In this document: in pieces, positions 10,155 through 21,837 of the stretch | How the letters are laid out: each line of letters opens with the position of its first letter | Position numbering within the stretch: the first letter of the stretch is position 1 | Origin: Acidobacteriota bacterium | GTDB taxonomy: Bacteria > Acidobacteriota > Vicinamibacteria > Marinacidobacterales > Marinacidobacteraceae | Assembly (NCBI GenBank): GCA_022822745.1 | Contig: JAJEAO010000077.1 | Span: 5,143-69,142 of the forward strand | Reading direction: 5' to 3' | Length of the DNA: 64,000 nt | Program-made: the position numbers and the translations under genes | Notes under the pieces: model-generated | Told to the model about the DNA's origin: nothing | The model's database searches: none | The model's input: only the letters and a program-made list of their open reading frames with translations

Positions 10155-11558
10155 ATGCCCCGGCGCGGCGGCTGGATGGGCCCGTGGGTGCGCCCCTGGA
10201 TGCGTCCGGCTCAGCGCGCGGGCCTCGCGGCGCTCCTTCTGACCGGGTTCGGCTGCGCGGCGCGAGGCGGCCTGGACCTTCCGGACGCGGCGGCGATCGC
10301 CGCCGGAGAGCGGGCCCGGGCGGCCATCGAGCAGGAGCGCGGTCTCTATCCGGACGAGGATCTCGCGGCCGAACTGGGCCGGATCGCCGAACCGGTTCTC
10401 GAGGCCGGGCTGGCGGCGCTCGACCCGAGGCCTTCCGCTTCGGCGGTGGGCCGGGGCTGGCGGCTGGCTGTCCTCGACGACCCCGAACCGGACGCGCTGC
10501 TGTTCGCCGACCGGTCCGTCTTCCTGACCCGGGGCGCCCTGGTCGCCCTGGATGGCGTCGCCGGTTTCGAAGCCCTGATGGGGGTGGCTGCCTCCCGATT
10601 CGGTGGCGGCGGCTTTCGGGCGGCGCGGGGCGAAGCCCTCGTGGAGCAGCCCCTGTCGCTGTCGCTCCCGCTCGTCGAGCAGTCCCAGTCGCCCACGCTC
10701 CCGCTCACTGCGCCCGAGACCCGTCCGGCGCCGGTCGAAGAGAGCGCCCCGTCACGACCCGAAGCCGATCCGGCGGAATGGATCGATCTCCTCGCCGGTC
10801 TCGTGTACGGCCACCGACCGGAGTTCGGCGCGGCGGTGGGCGCCCGGTTGCTGCTGCCGGTGGCGGATCTGCAGCTCGCTCTTCCCGGTGGACGCCGATT
10901 CGTGGCGGACGGCCGGCGGCGGTTCCGGGCGGCGGCTGGCGAGCAGGAGAGCCCCGACCCGTCGCTGACCGTGCGTGAAATGGCTCTCCCGGAGGGCGAG
11001 CCGCCGGTGGACGGTTCGCTGGCGGGGGAGCTTGACCTGTTCGACCGACTGGCCGCCCGGATTGCGGTGGACGCGGAGGCGGCGGGGAAGCAGGCGACGC
11101 TGGCGGAGGTCGTGCGCGTCCGCGGTTTCCCCGGTGTTCGGGCACGGTGGCGCGACGGGCTGGCCGCGTTCGGTTTCGTGGCCATCCTGCGAACTCCAGG
11201 GGCCTGGGTCGAACTCGCGGCGGAGTGCGGCCAGGCGAGCTTCGTCGAGTGCGAAACGGCGTTTCTGGGTCTGCTCGGCACGGCAGATCGGCTGTGGGAC
11301 GAGCCAGCGCCCGGTCCCCTCCGGCTCCGGGCGAGGGCGGTCGAGCGTCCGGGCCCGGGGCGCGAGGTGATCCGGCGGTTCGCGGCCACCAGCGAGGCTC
11401 CAGTCGGGGAGCTTCTTCGAGTGAACCACGCCTGGCTCGATCGCGAGTTCGCCGTCGGCGATCGGGTGCTCGTTCTGGAGCGCGATCCCGCCGCCGGTCC
11501 GGCGCCCGCATCCGGTCCGACATCGCCTCCGACATCGTCCGGGGGATCGCCCCCGTGA
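10155..11558 (+). CDS. Lipoprotein with a degenerate M48-like N-terminal region and no HExxH motif
   Basis: Signal peptide and lipobox-like LLLTGFGC. WRLAVLDDPEPDALLFADRSVFLTRGALVAL resembles the M48/BepA strand-turn preceding the catalytic helix, but I found no HExxH anywhere in the protein. The rest is unassigned. Confidence 0.55.
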   Translation: MPRRGGWMGPWVRPWMRPAQRAGLAALLLTGFGCAARGGLDLPDAAAIAAGERARAAIEQERGLYPDEDLAAELGRIAEPVLEAGLAALDPRPSASAVGRGWRLAVLDDPEPDALLFADRSVFLTRGALVALDGVAGFEALMGVAASRFGGGGFRAARGEALVEQPLSLSLPLVEQSQSPTLPLTAPETRPAPVEESAPSRPEADPAEWIDLLAGLVYGHRPEFGAAVGARLLLPVADLQLALPGGRRFVADGRRRFRAAAGEQESPDPSLTVREMALPEGEPPVDGSLAGELDLFDRLAARIAVDAEAAGKQATLAEVVRVRGFPGVRARWRDGLAAFGFVAILRTPGAWVELAAECGQASFVECETAFLGLLGTADRLWDEPAPGPLRLRARAVERPGPGREVIRRFAATSEAPVGELLRVNHAWLDREFAVGDRVLVLERDPAAGPAPASGPTSPPTSSGGSPP

Positions 11559-12670
11559 GCGGCGGGGCGACGACGGGTCGGCGCCGGTTTCCGATCCGGA
11601 TCCACACCTCGTGGCTCGTCCTGATGACTCTGCTCTCGGCGCTGTTCGCCGTCATCTACGTTCGGTCCGATCCGGCTCTGCCGACCGTCGCCGCCGTCGG
11701 GCTCGGGGGTCTCACCAGCCTGCTCCTGCTCGTGTCGGTGCTGCTCCACGAGGCGGCGCACGCCGTCGTGGCGTCGCGGGCGGGACTCGGAGTGAAGCGG
11801 ATCACGCTGAAGGTCCTCGGCGGGAGCACCGATCTCGTCCGCGAGCCCCCCGACCCGCGGTCCGAGCTGCGGATCGCGGTAGCCGGCCCGATCGCGACGC
11901 TGGTTCTCCTCGCCGGTTTCGCCCTCGTGGGGCTCGGCGCGGTCCCGACGCTGGACCCCGTCCGGGCCGTCGCCTCGAACCTGGCCCTGATCAACCTCCT
12001 GCTGCTGGCGTTCAACCTGATCCCGGCGATTCCTCTCGACGGAGGTCGCATCCTGCGCGCCGTCCTCTGGTCGGTCTGGGATCGCCCGGTCGCGGCGACC
12101 CGGGCGGTCACCGCCGCCGGACGCTCCTTCGGGCTGCTGTTCGTCGGGTTCGGGGTGCTCGCGCTGTTCGGCGCCGGCGCCGGAGGGGGCGGCGCCCAGC
12201 TCGTGTTCGGAGCGCTGTTCGTCCTTATCGGCTTCCACCTCCGGGGGCAGGCGGGCGAAATCACCCGGCATCTCTGGATCGCCGACACGCTCGGCGAGAT
12301 CACGGCCGGCCATCTGCTCGACTACCGGGTTCTCCCGGCGCAGCGAGGCGCCAGCGGCCACGAACTCGCGTCCATGGGCTCGCCGCACTCCGAGATTCCC
12401 GTCCTCGACGAGGATCGCCTCGTGGGCGCGGTCCGCGTCGCGGATCTGCACCGTCACCCTGCCGAGACCTGGGACGATCTGACGGCAGGCGGGCTCATGC
12501 GGACCGACATCACCGAGAAGACGGTCTCGCCGGGAGACGCAGCGACATCCCTGCTCCCGCTGTTCGCGGCCGGACGGCGTTCGATCGCGGTCCTCGACGG
12601 CGCCGAACTCGTGGGCTTCGTGACCGTGGAGACGCTCCGCAAGCGCCTGCTCCTCCACTCGGGGAACTGA
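11555..12670 (+). CDS. Site-2 protease family (M50) membrane metalloprotease with a C-terminal CBS pair
   Basis: GTG at 11555 overlaps the upstream stop (GTGA). LLHEAAHAVVA (HExxH), FNLIPAIPLDGGRIL, then a CBS-like tail (IPVLDEDRLVGAV, IAVLDGAELVGFVT). Confidence 0.85.
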   Translation: MSGGATTGRRRFPIRIHTSWLVLMTLLSALFAVIYVRSDPALPTVAAVGLGGLTSLLLLVSVLLHEAAHAVVASRAGLGVKRITLKVLGGSTDLVREPPDPRSELRIAVAGPIATLVLLAGFALVGLGAVPTLDPVRAVASNLALINLLLLAFNLIPAIPLDGGRILRAVLWSVWDRPVAATRAVTAAGRSFGLLFVGFGVLALFGAGAGGGGAQLVFGALFVLIGFHLRGQAGEITRHLWIADTLGEITAGHLLDYRVLPAQRGASGHELASMGSPHSEIPVLDEDRLVGAVRVADLHRHPAETWDDLTAGGLMRTDITEKTVSPGDAATSLLPLFAAGRRSIAVLDGAELVGFVTVETLRKRLLLHSGN

Positions 12671-12712
12671 TCCCCGCCCCGGCGCCCTGACTCCAGAGGA
12701 CCGAAGCTGACG

Positions 12713-13381
12713 ATGCCCCAGGCGGCTCCCCCGACCCCCCGCACCCGCGTTCGCCGCCTCCCCGCCCGCGGCGCCTACGACCGGTCGGCCATAGACCCCA
12801 TCCTCGATGAAGGGCTGGTGGCTCATGTGGGTTTCGTCCACGACGGGGCCCCGTTCGTGATCCCCATGGGCTACGCCCGCGACGGGGACCGGATCCTCCT
12901 CCATGGGTCGTCGGCGAGCCGCCTGATGCGTCTTCTCGCATCCGGCGTCGAGGCGGCGGTCGCGGTGACCCTCCTCGATGGTCTGGTGCTGGCCCGGTCG
13001 GCATTTCACCACTCGATGAACTACCGCTCGGTGGTCGTTCTCGGCCGCACGTCCGAAGTCCGGGACGAGGAGGCCAAGCGGCGCGCCCTCGATCGCCTCG
13101 TGGACCGGCTGGTGCCGGGCCGCGCGGCGGATTCCCGGCCGGCCAGCGAGATCGAGCTGCGCGCGACGCTCGTCGTCGAGATGCCCATCCACGAGGCCTC
13201 GGCCAAGGCGCGGAGCGGGCCTCCCGTGGACGACGACGAGGACCTGGAGCTGCCCCACTGGGCGGGGCTGCTGCCGGCGCGGACGGTCTGGGGGCCGCCG
13301 GCGGCGGCGCCGGATCTGCCGGCGGACATCGAGGCGCCCCCGTACGTGACCGGCTACGAGCGGCCGGGAAGGGCCGGATAG
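12713..13381 (+). CDS. Pyridoxamine 5'-phosphate oxidase-like flavin-binding protein
   Basis: Pattern RRLPARGAYDRSAIDPILDEGLVAHVGFVHDGAPFVIPMGYARDGDRILLHGS, plus HHSMNYRSVVVLGR. Confidence 0.7.
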   Translation: MPQAAPPTPRTRVRRLPARGAYDRSAIDPILDEGLVAHVGFVHDGAPFVIPMGYARDGDRILLHGSSASRLMRLLASGVEAAVAVTLLDGLVLARSAFHHSMNYRSVVVLGRTSEVRDEEAKRRALDRLVDRLVPGRAADSRPASEIELRATLVVEMPIHEASAKARSGPPVDDDEDLELPHWAGLLPARTVWGPPAAAPDLPADIEAPPYVTGYERPGRAG

Positions 13382-13394
13382 ACTTCGCCCGGCC

Positions 13395-14744
13395 ATGTCC
13401 AGCCCGAAGAATGCCTCGCGGGCGCGGCTCGGTCTCGCGCTCGCCGCCACCGGGTTCGGGGCGGCGGTCTCGGCCGTGCTGCTGCTTCGTCACCATGGAC
13501 TCGATGCCGGCGCGCTCGCCGCCGCGGCTTGCGATCCGACCTCCTCGGGATGCACCGAGGTGGCGGCGAGCTCGTGGTCGGCGGTTGCCGGAGTCCCGCT
13601 CGCCGCCATCGGCCTGGCGTTCTTCGTGTCGGTGGGAGCCCTGATCGCGCTGGCGCTTCTCGCCGGCCTCGAGCCCGCCAGCCGACCAGGTCGGCTGGCT
13701 CTGCTGCTCGTGGGGCTGGCGCTCCTGGTGGATGTCTTCCTGTTCGGGGTTCAGGCGTTTTCCATCGGCGCGTTCTGCTCGCTGTGCATCTGGACCTACG
13801 GCGCCAACGTGGTCGCGCTGTGGAGCCTGTGGCCCGCGGTCCGTCCGGGACAGCGGGCGCCGGCGTCAGGCCCGGCGGGAGATCGGGAACCGGCGTCAGC
13901 AGGCGCGGCGGGACAGCGGGAACCGGCTTCAGGCGCGGCGGTGGAGCGGCTCGCGGTTCGGGCGTTCTGGCTCGCGACCGGCATCGTGGTGGCGGCCGTC
14001 CTCGTGGTGAACGACGGCCTCCGCGAGCGCGGCGAGGCGGACGAGGTGGACGTCTCCATCCTCGGCGTCCGGTCGAAGGCGGGCGCATCGGAGGATCCGG
14101 CTCGGCCGCTTCCGCCGCTGAGCGCCGCCGGCGTGGCGCCGCAGTGGCGGAATCCGACCTTCCGGCAGGCGCGCGTCGAGAGCGTGAGCCTCGAGGGCGC
14201 CCCGCGCAAGGGGCCGGAGGGCGCTGCGGTGACGATCGTCACCTTCTCCGATTTCCTCTGCCCCTCCTGCCGCCGGTTCGCGCTCGCCTACGACCAGTAC
14301 TCCGACGGCCCCACCGGGCCCCATGTCGAGCTCTACTACCGGAACTACCCGCTTGATCCGACGTGCGCCAGCCACATCCCCCGGATGGTCCATCCCGGGG
14401 CGTGCCGGGTGGCCCTGGGCGCCGTGTGCGCCGACCGCCAGGGCAGGTTCTGGGACTATCACGACCGGGTGTACGTTTCGCCTCCGACGGATCCCGACCG
14501 GTCCGACGTGATCGGGATCGCCGAGGAGGCGGGGCTCGACCGGGCGAGGTTCGCGGCGTGTCTCGATGACCCGGGGGCGCAGGCGGCTCTCGACTTCGAC
14601 ATCTCCGAGGCGGTGCGCCTGCAGGTCACCGGCACCCCCACGATCTTCATCAACGGCCGCCGCCTCCAGAGTTCCCTGAACGAGTTCGCCGACGCCGTGC
14701 TCTGGGAGCTCGAAAAGGCGGGCATCGAAGTCCCGCAGGACTGA
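13395..14744 (+). CDS. VKOR-domain / DsbA-like thioredoxin fusion (disulfide bond formation)
   Basis: The N-terminal half has four TM helices, a loop Cys pair (CDPTSSGC) and FCSLCIWTY (CxxC in a TM helix). The C-terminal half has FSDFLCPSCRRF and TGTPTIFINGRRL, as in DsbA. Confidence 0.8.
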   Translation: MSSPKNASRARLGLALAATGFGAAVSAVLLLRHHGLDAGALAAAACDPTSSGCTEVAASSWSAVAGVPLAAIGLAFFVSVGALIALALLAGLEPASRPGRLALLLVGLALLVDVFLFGVQAFSIGAFCSLCIWTYGANVVALWSLWPAVRPGQRAPASGPAGDREPASAGAAGQREPASGAAVERLAVRAFWLATGIVVAAVLVVNDGLRERGEADEVDVSILGVRSKAGASEDPARPLPPLSAAGVAPQWRNPTFRQARVESVSLEGAPRKGPEGAAVTIVTFSDFLCPSCRRFALAYDQYSDGPTGPHVELYYRNYPLDPTCASHIPRMVHPGACRVALGAVCADRQGRFWDYHDRVYVSPPTDPDRSDVIGIAEEAGLDRARFAACLDDPGAQAALDFDISEAVRLQVTGTPTIFINGRRLQSSLNEFADAVLWELEKAGIEVPQD

Positions 14745-14755
14745 AGAGGAACCGC

Positions 14756-15160
14756 ATGCACGATGTGAACTACCTGGCCATCCTGGTCGCGGGGCTGGTC
14801 CCGATGGTCGTGGGCTCGCTCTGGTACGGCCCGCTGTTCGGCAAGCGCTGGCTGGAGCTCATGGAGACGACGGAGGAAGAGATCGCCGCCGGATTCAGCC
14901 CGCTGAAGACCTACGGCGTTTCCTTCCTGCTGGCGCTGGTCACGGCGTGGGTGCTCGCGCAGCTCCTCGCCGGACTCGGAGGCGGCGGACCGATGGCGGC
15001 CGTCCACGTCGTCCTGCTGCTCGTCGTCGGGATCGTGATCCCGATCGCGAACCAGTCGGTCGCGTTCGAACGGCGAAAGGCCGGGCTCGCCGTCCTCAGC
15101 GTCGGCTACAACCTGGTCGCGTTCCTCGGCCAGGCGATCCTGCTCTCCATCTGGAACTGA
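14756..15160 (+). CDS. DUF1761-like small membrane protein
   Basis: NYLAILVAGLVPMVVGSLWYGPLFGKRW. Four predicted TM segments. Confidence 0.6.
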   Translation: MHDVNYLAILVAGLVPMVVGSLWYGPLFGKRWLELMETTEEEIAAGFSPLKTYGVSFLLALVTAWVLAQLLAGLGGGGPMAAVHVVLLLVVGIVIPIANQSVAFERRKAGLAVLSVGYNLVAFLGQAILLSIWN

Positions 15161-15200
15161 CGCGGTAGCGGCGCGCGGCGGCCGGTTTCTTCCCGCCGGC

Positions 15201-15224
15201 GGGGGCGGCGCGGAGTCCGCCCCC
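15201..15224. terminator. GC hairpin between convergent genes (candidate bidirectional terminator)
   Basis: GGGGGCGG-cgcggagt-CCGCCCCC, a perfect 8-bp stem. There is no clear U-tract. Confidence 0.35.
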
Positions 15225-15502
15225 TACAGGCCAGCCGCCGCGCCGCAGGCCGCGACGGCGAGCCCGCACGCCGCCAGCGAGAAGGTCATCGCGGCGATCC
15301 CGAGCCCGAGGCCCCACCAGCCCATCCTGCTCCCGCGGCTGCCGGCGAGCGCACCGAGCACGATCGCGACCGGTCCGAACAGGAGTCCCAGGAACAGGAT
15401 GCCGAGAATGCCGAACACGAGGGCGAGGATCGCCATGGCTCGGGTCGAATCGGACGGCGGCGCCGCCGGAGGGGGCGGGCCGGGGGGAAGGGGGGCATCC
15501 AT
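15224..15502 (-). CDS. Small Pro-rich membrane protein (DUF4190-like)
   Basis: Pro-rich N-terminus, then MAILALVFGILGILFLGLLFGPVAIVLGALA and a second TM segment. Confidence 0.55.
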   Translation of the reverse strand: MDAPLPPGPPPPAAPPSDSTRAMAILALVFGILGILFLGLLFGPVAIVLGALAGSRGSRMGWWGLGLGIAAMTFSLAACGLAVAACGAAAGL

Positions 15503-15511
15503 GGCCGTCCC

Positions 15512-16900
15512 CTATGTCGTCTCGCCGGCGTAGAACTCGTTCGTCTTCTTCGCCACCACGCCGCCGAGGAACAGCAGCCCGATCAGGTTCGGGAACGCCA
15601 TGAAGCCGTTGAGCAGCGTGCCCACGTTCCAGACGGTCTCGACCGTGACGAGTCCGCCGATGAGAAGCAGCGCCACGTAGAGCACCCGGTAGGGGAAGAT
15701 GCCGGTCTGGCCGAACATGTACTCCCAGCAGGTCTCGCCGTAGTAGTACCAGCCGATGATCGTGGAGAAACCGAACAGGAACGAGCAGACCGCGATCACC
15801 ATCGGGGCGAGGAAGTCGCCGAAAGTCGAAGCGAAGGCGGCGGAGGTGAGATCCCCGCTCGCCGCCTGGTACTCGGCCGCGGTCCAGAGGCCGGAGGAGA
15901 GGATGGCGAAGGCGGTCATGCTGCAGACGACGATCGTGTCGATGAACACTTCGAAGACGCCCACGAGTCCCTGGTCGGTGGGGTGCTTCACCTGCGCGAT
16001 CCCGTGCGCGATCGGAGCGCTCCCGAGACCGGCCTCGTTCGAGAGGACGCCCCGGCTGATCCCGGCGGCGATGGCCTGGCGGACGCTCGCGCCGATGAAT
16101 CCGCCGGCGGCTGCCTGCGGCGAGAACGCGTGGGCGAAGATCGTGCCGAACACCTCGGGCAGCGAGTTGATGTTGATGACCAGGTAGGTGAGCGCCATTC
16201 CCAGGTAGATCACGAGCATCGTGGGAACCAGCTTCTCTGCCACCGACGCGATCCGCTTGATGCCTCCGAGCAGGACGGCGCCCACGGCTGCCGTGATGAG
16301 CAGTCCCGGCACCCACGGCGACACCTCGAGGCCGAAGCGCGAGGCCGCCTCCACGAACGTGCGAACGATCGTGTTCGACTGGGCCATGTTTCCGGTACCG
16401 AGCAGCGCCGTGGCCGCGCCGAACACGCAGAACATGATGGCGAGCGGTTTCGCGTAGCTCCTGCCCTTCAGACCGGCGACGATGTAGTACATCGGGCCGC
16501 TCGCGAAGTGTCCGTTTTCCTTCCGCGTCCGGTAGGTCACGCCGCAGACGGCCTCGGCGTACTTGGTGGCCATCCCCACGACCGCGGTCACCCACATCCA
16601 GAAGATCGCCCCCGGTCCGCCCACCAGGATCGCGGTGGCCACGCCCCCGATGTTCCCGTTGCCGACCGTCGAGGCGAGCGCGGTCGAGAGCGCCTGGAAC
16701 GGCGTGATCTCGCCCTCGGCGCCGTGCTGGTCGTGGCTCATGCCGCGGACCACCCGGCGGATGCCGGCGCCGAAGCCCCGAATCTGCACGAATCCGGTCC
16801 GGACCGTGAGATAGACCCCGCACACCACGAGCAGCAGCGGGAGGGCGTACCACTGGTAGATGGCGCTCGACGCCCAGGCGATGAATTCGTTGAAGTTCAT
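15512..16900 (-). CDS. Alanine/glycine:cation symporter (AGCS family)
   Basis: ITPFQALSTALASTVGNGNIGGVATAI, GGPGAIFWMW and SNEAGLGSAPIAHG. Confidence 0.9.
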   Translation of the reverse strand: MNFNEFIAWASSAIYQWYALPLLLVVCGVYLTVRTGFVQIRGFGAGIRRVVRGMSHDQHGAEGEITPFQALSTALASTVGNGNIGGVATAILVGGPGAIFWMWVTAVVGMATKYAEAVCGVTYRTRKENGHFASGPMYYIVAGLKGRSYAKPLAIMFCVFGAATALLGTGNMAQSNTIVRTFVEAASRFGLEVSPWVPGLLITAAVGAVLLGGIKRIASVAEKLVPTMLVIYLGMALTYLVININSLPEVFGTIFAHAFSPQAAAGGFIGASVRQAIAAGISRGVLSNEAGLGSAPIAHGIAQVKHPTDQGLVGVFEVFIDTIVVCSMTAFAILSSGLWTAAEYQAASGDLTSAAFASTFGDFLAPMVIAVCSFLFGFSTIIGWYYYGETCWEYMFGQTGIFPYRVLYVALLLIGGLVTVETVWNVGTLLNGFMAFPNLIGLLFLGGVVAKKTNEFYAGETT

Positions 16901-16931
16901 GGAACTCTCCGTGGTGACGGGAGGATCGGCA

Positions 16932-18311
16932 TCAGCTCGCGATCCGGAGCAGGATGAGGAAGACCAGCGCGGCGGGGGAGACGAACCGGATCAGGACTCC
17001 CCAGAGCTTCGGGCTCGGGAACCCGGGGCCCTCGCGCCGCAGCTCCTTGCCGGCGTGGGCCACGCCCCAGCGCCAGCCGACGAACAGGCTGATGAGCAGT
17101 CCGCCGATCGGCAGCGCCCACTCGTTCCACACGTTGACCATCAGGTCGAAGAACGAGCCCCCGATCACCGGCAGGTCGGCCAGCGCCGCCGGCCCGCCGC
17201 CGAACGAGAGGGCGCAGGGGATGGACACGACGAAGCAGAAGAGGCCCACGGTCGCCGCCGCCTTGCGGCGGGACCAGCGCCACTGGTCGATCGCGTGCGA
17301 GACCGGGACTTCGAGCAGCGAGATCGTCGAGGTGAACGCGGCGACCGACAGGAGCAGGAAGAAGGCGGCGCCGAAGATGAGCCCTCCCGGAAGCGTGGCG
17401 AACAGTTGCGGGAGCACCGCGAAGATCAGTCCGGGACCGCCGGTGGCCGGGTCGAAGCCCGCGATCGAAAAACCGGCAGGAAAGATGATGAATCCGGCAA
17501 GCAGGGCGATCAGGGTGTCGATCCCCACGATCGCCATGGCCGCCGACCGGATCTTGTGGGACCGGTGGAGGTAGCTGCCGTAGGTGATCAGGGCGCCCAT
17601 CCCGAGGCTGAGGGAGAAGAACGCCTGTCCCACCGCGGCTCCGAGGATTCCGGGATCGCGCAGTTGCGAGAGGTCGGGACGGAGGTAGTAGGCGAGGCCC
17701 TCGCCCGCGCCGGGGAGGGTCACGGCGCGGACGGCGAGGATCATGAGCAGCACGAACAGGACGGGCATCATGATCCGCGCCGCTGCTTCGATCCCCCGCT
17801 TGATCCCGCGGTTCACGCACCAGGCGGTCACCGCCAGGAACAGCCCGGTGGCGAAGATGTTGCGCCACGACTGGCCCGCCAGCTCCGTGAACAGTGCTCC
17901 GGAGGCCTCGGGGCCGCTCTCGAGGCCCCCGGTGACCGCGAGCCAGAGGTACTGCACCGTCCACCCGGCGATCACGGAGTAGAACGACAGGATGAAGGTG
18001 CCCGCGGAGACGGCCAGGATGCCGATGAGCCACCACGGCCCGGTGGGCGCCAGCCGGCGGACCGCCCCCATGGGGCCGAGCTGGCTGTAGCGGCCGACGA
18101 CGATCTCGCCGAGGAGGATCGGAGCGCAGATGAACAGGACCGCGACCAGATAGACGAGGACGAAGGCGGCGCCGCCTCCCTGGCCGACTTGGGTCGGGAA
18201 GCCCCAGATGTTGCCGAGTCCCACCGCCGAGCCGGTGGCGGCCAGGATGAAGCCGGTGCGCGAGCCCCAGCGGCCGCGGTCTTCAGACATGCTGTTTGCT
18301 CCCTCGGTCAC
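16932..18311 (-). CDS. Sodium-dependent transporter, SNF/NSS family
   Basis: WGSRTGFILAATGSAVGLGNIWGFP. About 12 TM segments. The start could also be the ATG at 18290 (MSEDRGRW). Confidence 0.9.
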   Translation of the reverse strand: MTEGANSMSEDRGRWGSRTGFILAATGSAVGLGNIWGFPTQVGQGGGAAFVLVYLVAVLFICAPILLGEIVVGRYSQLGPMGAVRRLAPTGPWWLIGILAVSAGTFILSFYSVIAGWTVQYLWLAVTGGLESGPEASGALFTELAGQSWRNIFATGLFLAVTAWCVNRGIKRGIEAAARIMMPVLFVLLMILAVRAVTLPGAGEGLAYYLRPDLSQLRDPGILGAAVGQAFFSLSLGMGALITYGSYLHRSHKIRSAAMAIVGIDTLIALLAGFIIFPAGFSIAGFDPATGGPGLIFAVLPQLFATLPGGLIFGAAFFLLLSVAAFTSTISLLEVPVSHAIDQWRWSRRKAAATVGLFCFVVSIPCALSFGGGPAALADLPVIGGSFFDLMVNVWNEWALPIGGLLISLFVGWRWGVAHAGKELRREGPGFPSPKLWGVLIRFVSPAALVFLILLRIAS

Positions 18312-18332
18312 GGCCCCGCAGGCGGCGCCGCG

Positions 18333-19196
18333 TCAGTCCTCGAGCCGCCGGACCTCGCCGGCGGGCGTGATACGGAAGATGGTCCGGGCGTGCGCATCGG
18401 CCACGAGCAGGTCGCCCCCGGGCAGAGCCGCGATGCCCTGGGGGCTGACGAGCGGCTCGCCCCGGACCAGCGCCGAGACCCGGCCTTCGGCGCTCACCCG
18501 CCAGATGCAGCGGGCGTAGCCGTCGGTGACATAGAACCCGCCGTCGGGCGCCAGCGCGAAGTCGTGCGGGAACTCGAACGGGGGTGATTCGATGAGCGGC
18601 GTGACGGCGTCCCCGTCGAGCCGCAGGATGTTCCGGTCCGTGAGAACGTGGATCGCGGCGCCGTCGGCCGCGACGAGGATGGCTCGGGGCGCTTCGATGC
18701 TGGCGACGTCCTCGATCCCGTCGGCGCCCACCCGCCTCAGGCGCTGGGTCACGCGGTCCACCGCGAGGATCTCCCCCGACGGCAACAGCGCGACGCCCCA
18801 CGGGGTCACGAACCGGTCGTCGTCCGGAATGCGCTGGATCGAATTCGTCGAGACCCGGTAGAGCCCCATCGTGGCGGGGTCGCTCGCCACCACGGCGCCG
18901 CTCGGCTCCGGGGCGAGATGCCGAATCCCGAACAGGGGCGTGCGGGGAAGACCCTCGCCTCGCGCCACGACTTCGAACGCGCCGCCGTTCCAGCGGAGCA
19001 GCGCCGCCGCCTCGAGATCGGCCACGAGCACCTGCCCATCAGCGCCTACCGCGACATCCACCGGATAGACCAGCTCCTCGGCCATGAGTGCCGGGGAAAA
19101 CAGCGTCGCGGCGAGCGCGACCGCGGCGATTCGCAGAACCGGATCGGGAATCGGGACGATTGGTGAGTCCGCCCGAAGGCCACGACGACAGTGCAA
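18333..19196 (-). CDS. Secreted NHL/SMP-30-like beta-propeller protein
   Basis: Signal peptide, then repeated blades (P.GVA....G.ILVAD.....I.R). Confidence 0.6.
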   Translation of the reverse strand: MHCRRGLRADSPIVPIPDPVLRIAAVALAATLFSPALMAEELVYPVDVAVGADGQVLVADLEAAALLRWNGGAFEVVARGEGLPRTPLFGIRHLAPEPSGAVVASDPATMGLYRVSTNSIQRIPDDDRFVTPWGVALLPSGEILAVDRVTQRLRRVGADGIEDVASIEAPRAILVAADGAAIHVLTDRNILRLDGDAVTPLIESPPFEFPHDFALAPDGGFYVTDGYARCIWRVSAEGRVSALVRGEPLVSPQGIAALPGGDLLVADAHARTIFRITPAGEVRRLED

Positions 19197-19406
19197 GGAA
19201 AGGGGTGGCCCGCGCCGGAAAACGAGTGTATCAGGCAGCCGGAGACGGCCGGACCGTAGGGTAAAATCAGGACTTTACGGGTGGGTGTTCCGGGTGCTCC
19301 CGGCGGAATCCCGGCGTTCGCTGCGACCGTCGGGGGCCCCGACGCCCGCCCTTCGCGTTCGAGCGAGTCCCGCGCCCCGGGGAAGACGGTTCTCCCGCGC
19401 CCCCGC

Positions 19407-19422
19407 GAGTCCCCGGGGACTC
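19407..19422. promoter_or_regulatory. Perfect 16-bp palindrome upstream of hppA
   Basis: GAGTCCCCGGGGACTC lies about 35 nt upstream of the hppA GTG, in the divergent intergenic region. Confidence 0.25.
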
Positions 19423-19455
19423 CCTTCCATCCGGTTGGCCTGAACGGAGGCATCC

Positions 19456-21498
<2,043 letters not shown>

Positions 21499-21501
<3 letters not shown>

Positions 21502-21789
21502 GGAGCGCGATAGGGAGCGCCGGGCTCCTATGGAGCGCCACTCTCCTATGGAGCGCCGCTCTCCTATGGAGCGCCGCTCTCCAGAGCGGCAATTCCCGAC
21601 ACGGACCCGGCCGGCGCGCTCGCCGGCTCGCCGGGCTCCTATGGAGCGCCACTCTCCTGGGGAGCGCCACTCTCCTATGGAGCGCCGCTCTCCAGAGCGG
21701 CAAATCTCGACCCCAGCCGGGCTCCATTGCGGTGCCGGTCTGGAGACCGGCCAGTTCTCCTGGTGGGGGCCTCCATAGAGGGACGCTCC
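21499..21789. repeat. Array of about 18-bp units carrying the palindrome GGAGCGCCGCTCC, arranged as two 74-bp blocks
   Basis: Blocks 21519-21592 and 21630-21703 are near-identical, 111 bp apart. Each holds three CTCCTATGGAGCGCCRCT units and ends in GCCGCTCT-CC-AGAGCGGC. Partial units (tagggagcgc twice) sit at 21499-21520. There is an inverted partial copy (ctccatagagggacgctcc) at 21771-21789 and a CCGGTCT-GG-AGACCGG hairpin at 21735-21750. Confidence 0.85.
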
Positions 21790-21837
21790 GCGCCGTGCCG
21801 GTTCTCGCGGTAGCGGCCCCGCCCGGCACAGGGCCGA

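Noticed and set aside
10346-13450. 1034-aa ORF on the minus strand
   Set aside because: It spans four well-supported plus-strand genes. The translation is extreme Arg/Pro/Ser low complexity.
15096-18587. ORFs 15096..16853(-), 16860..18587(+) and 16897..18036(-)
   Set aside because: They are shadows of the AGCS and SNF transporter genes, which have diagnostic motifs in the other frame.
21530-21778. 82-aa ORF MERHSPMERRSPMERRSP... and antisense ORF 21479..21829
   Set aside because: The periodic peptide is simply the translation of the 18-bp DNA repeat array. The hairpin symmetry argues for a nucleic-acid-level element.
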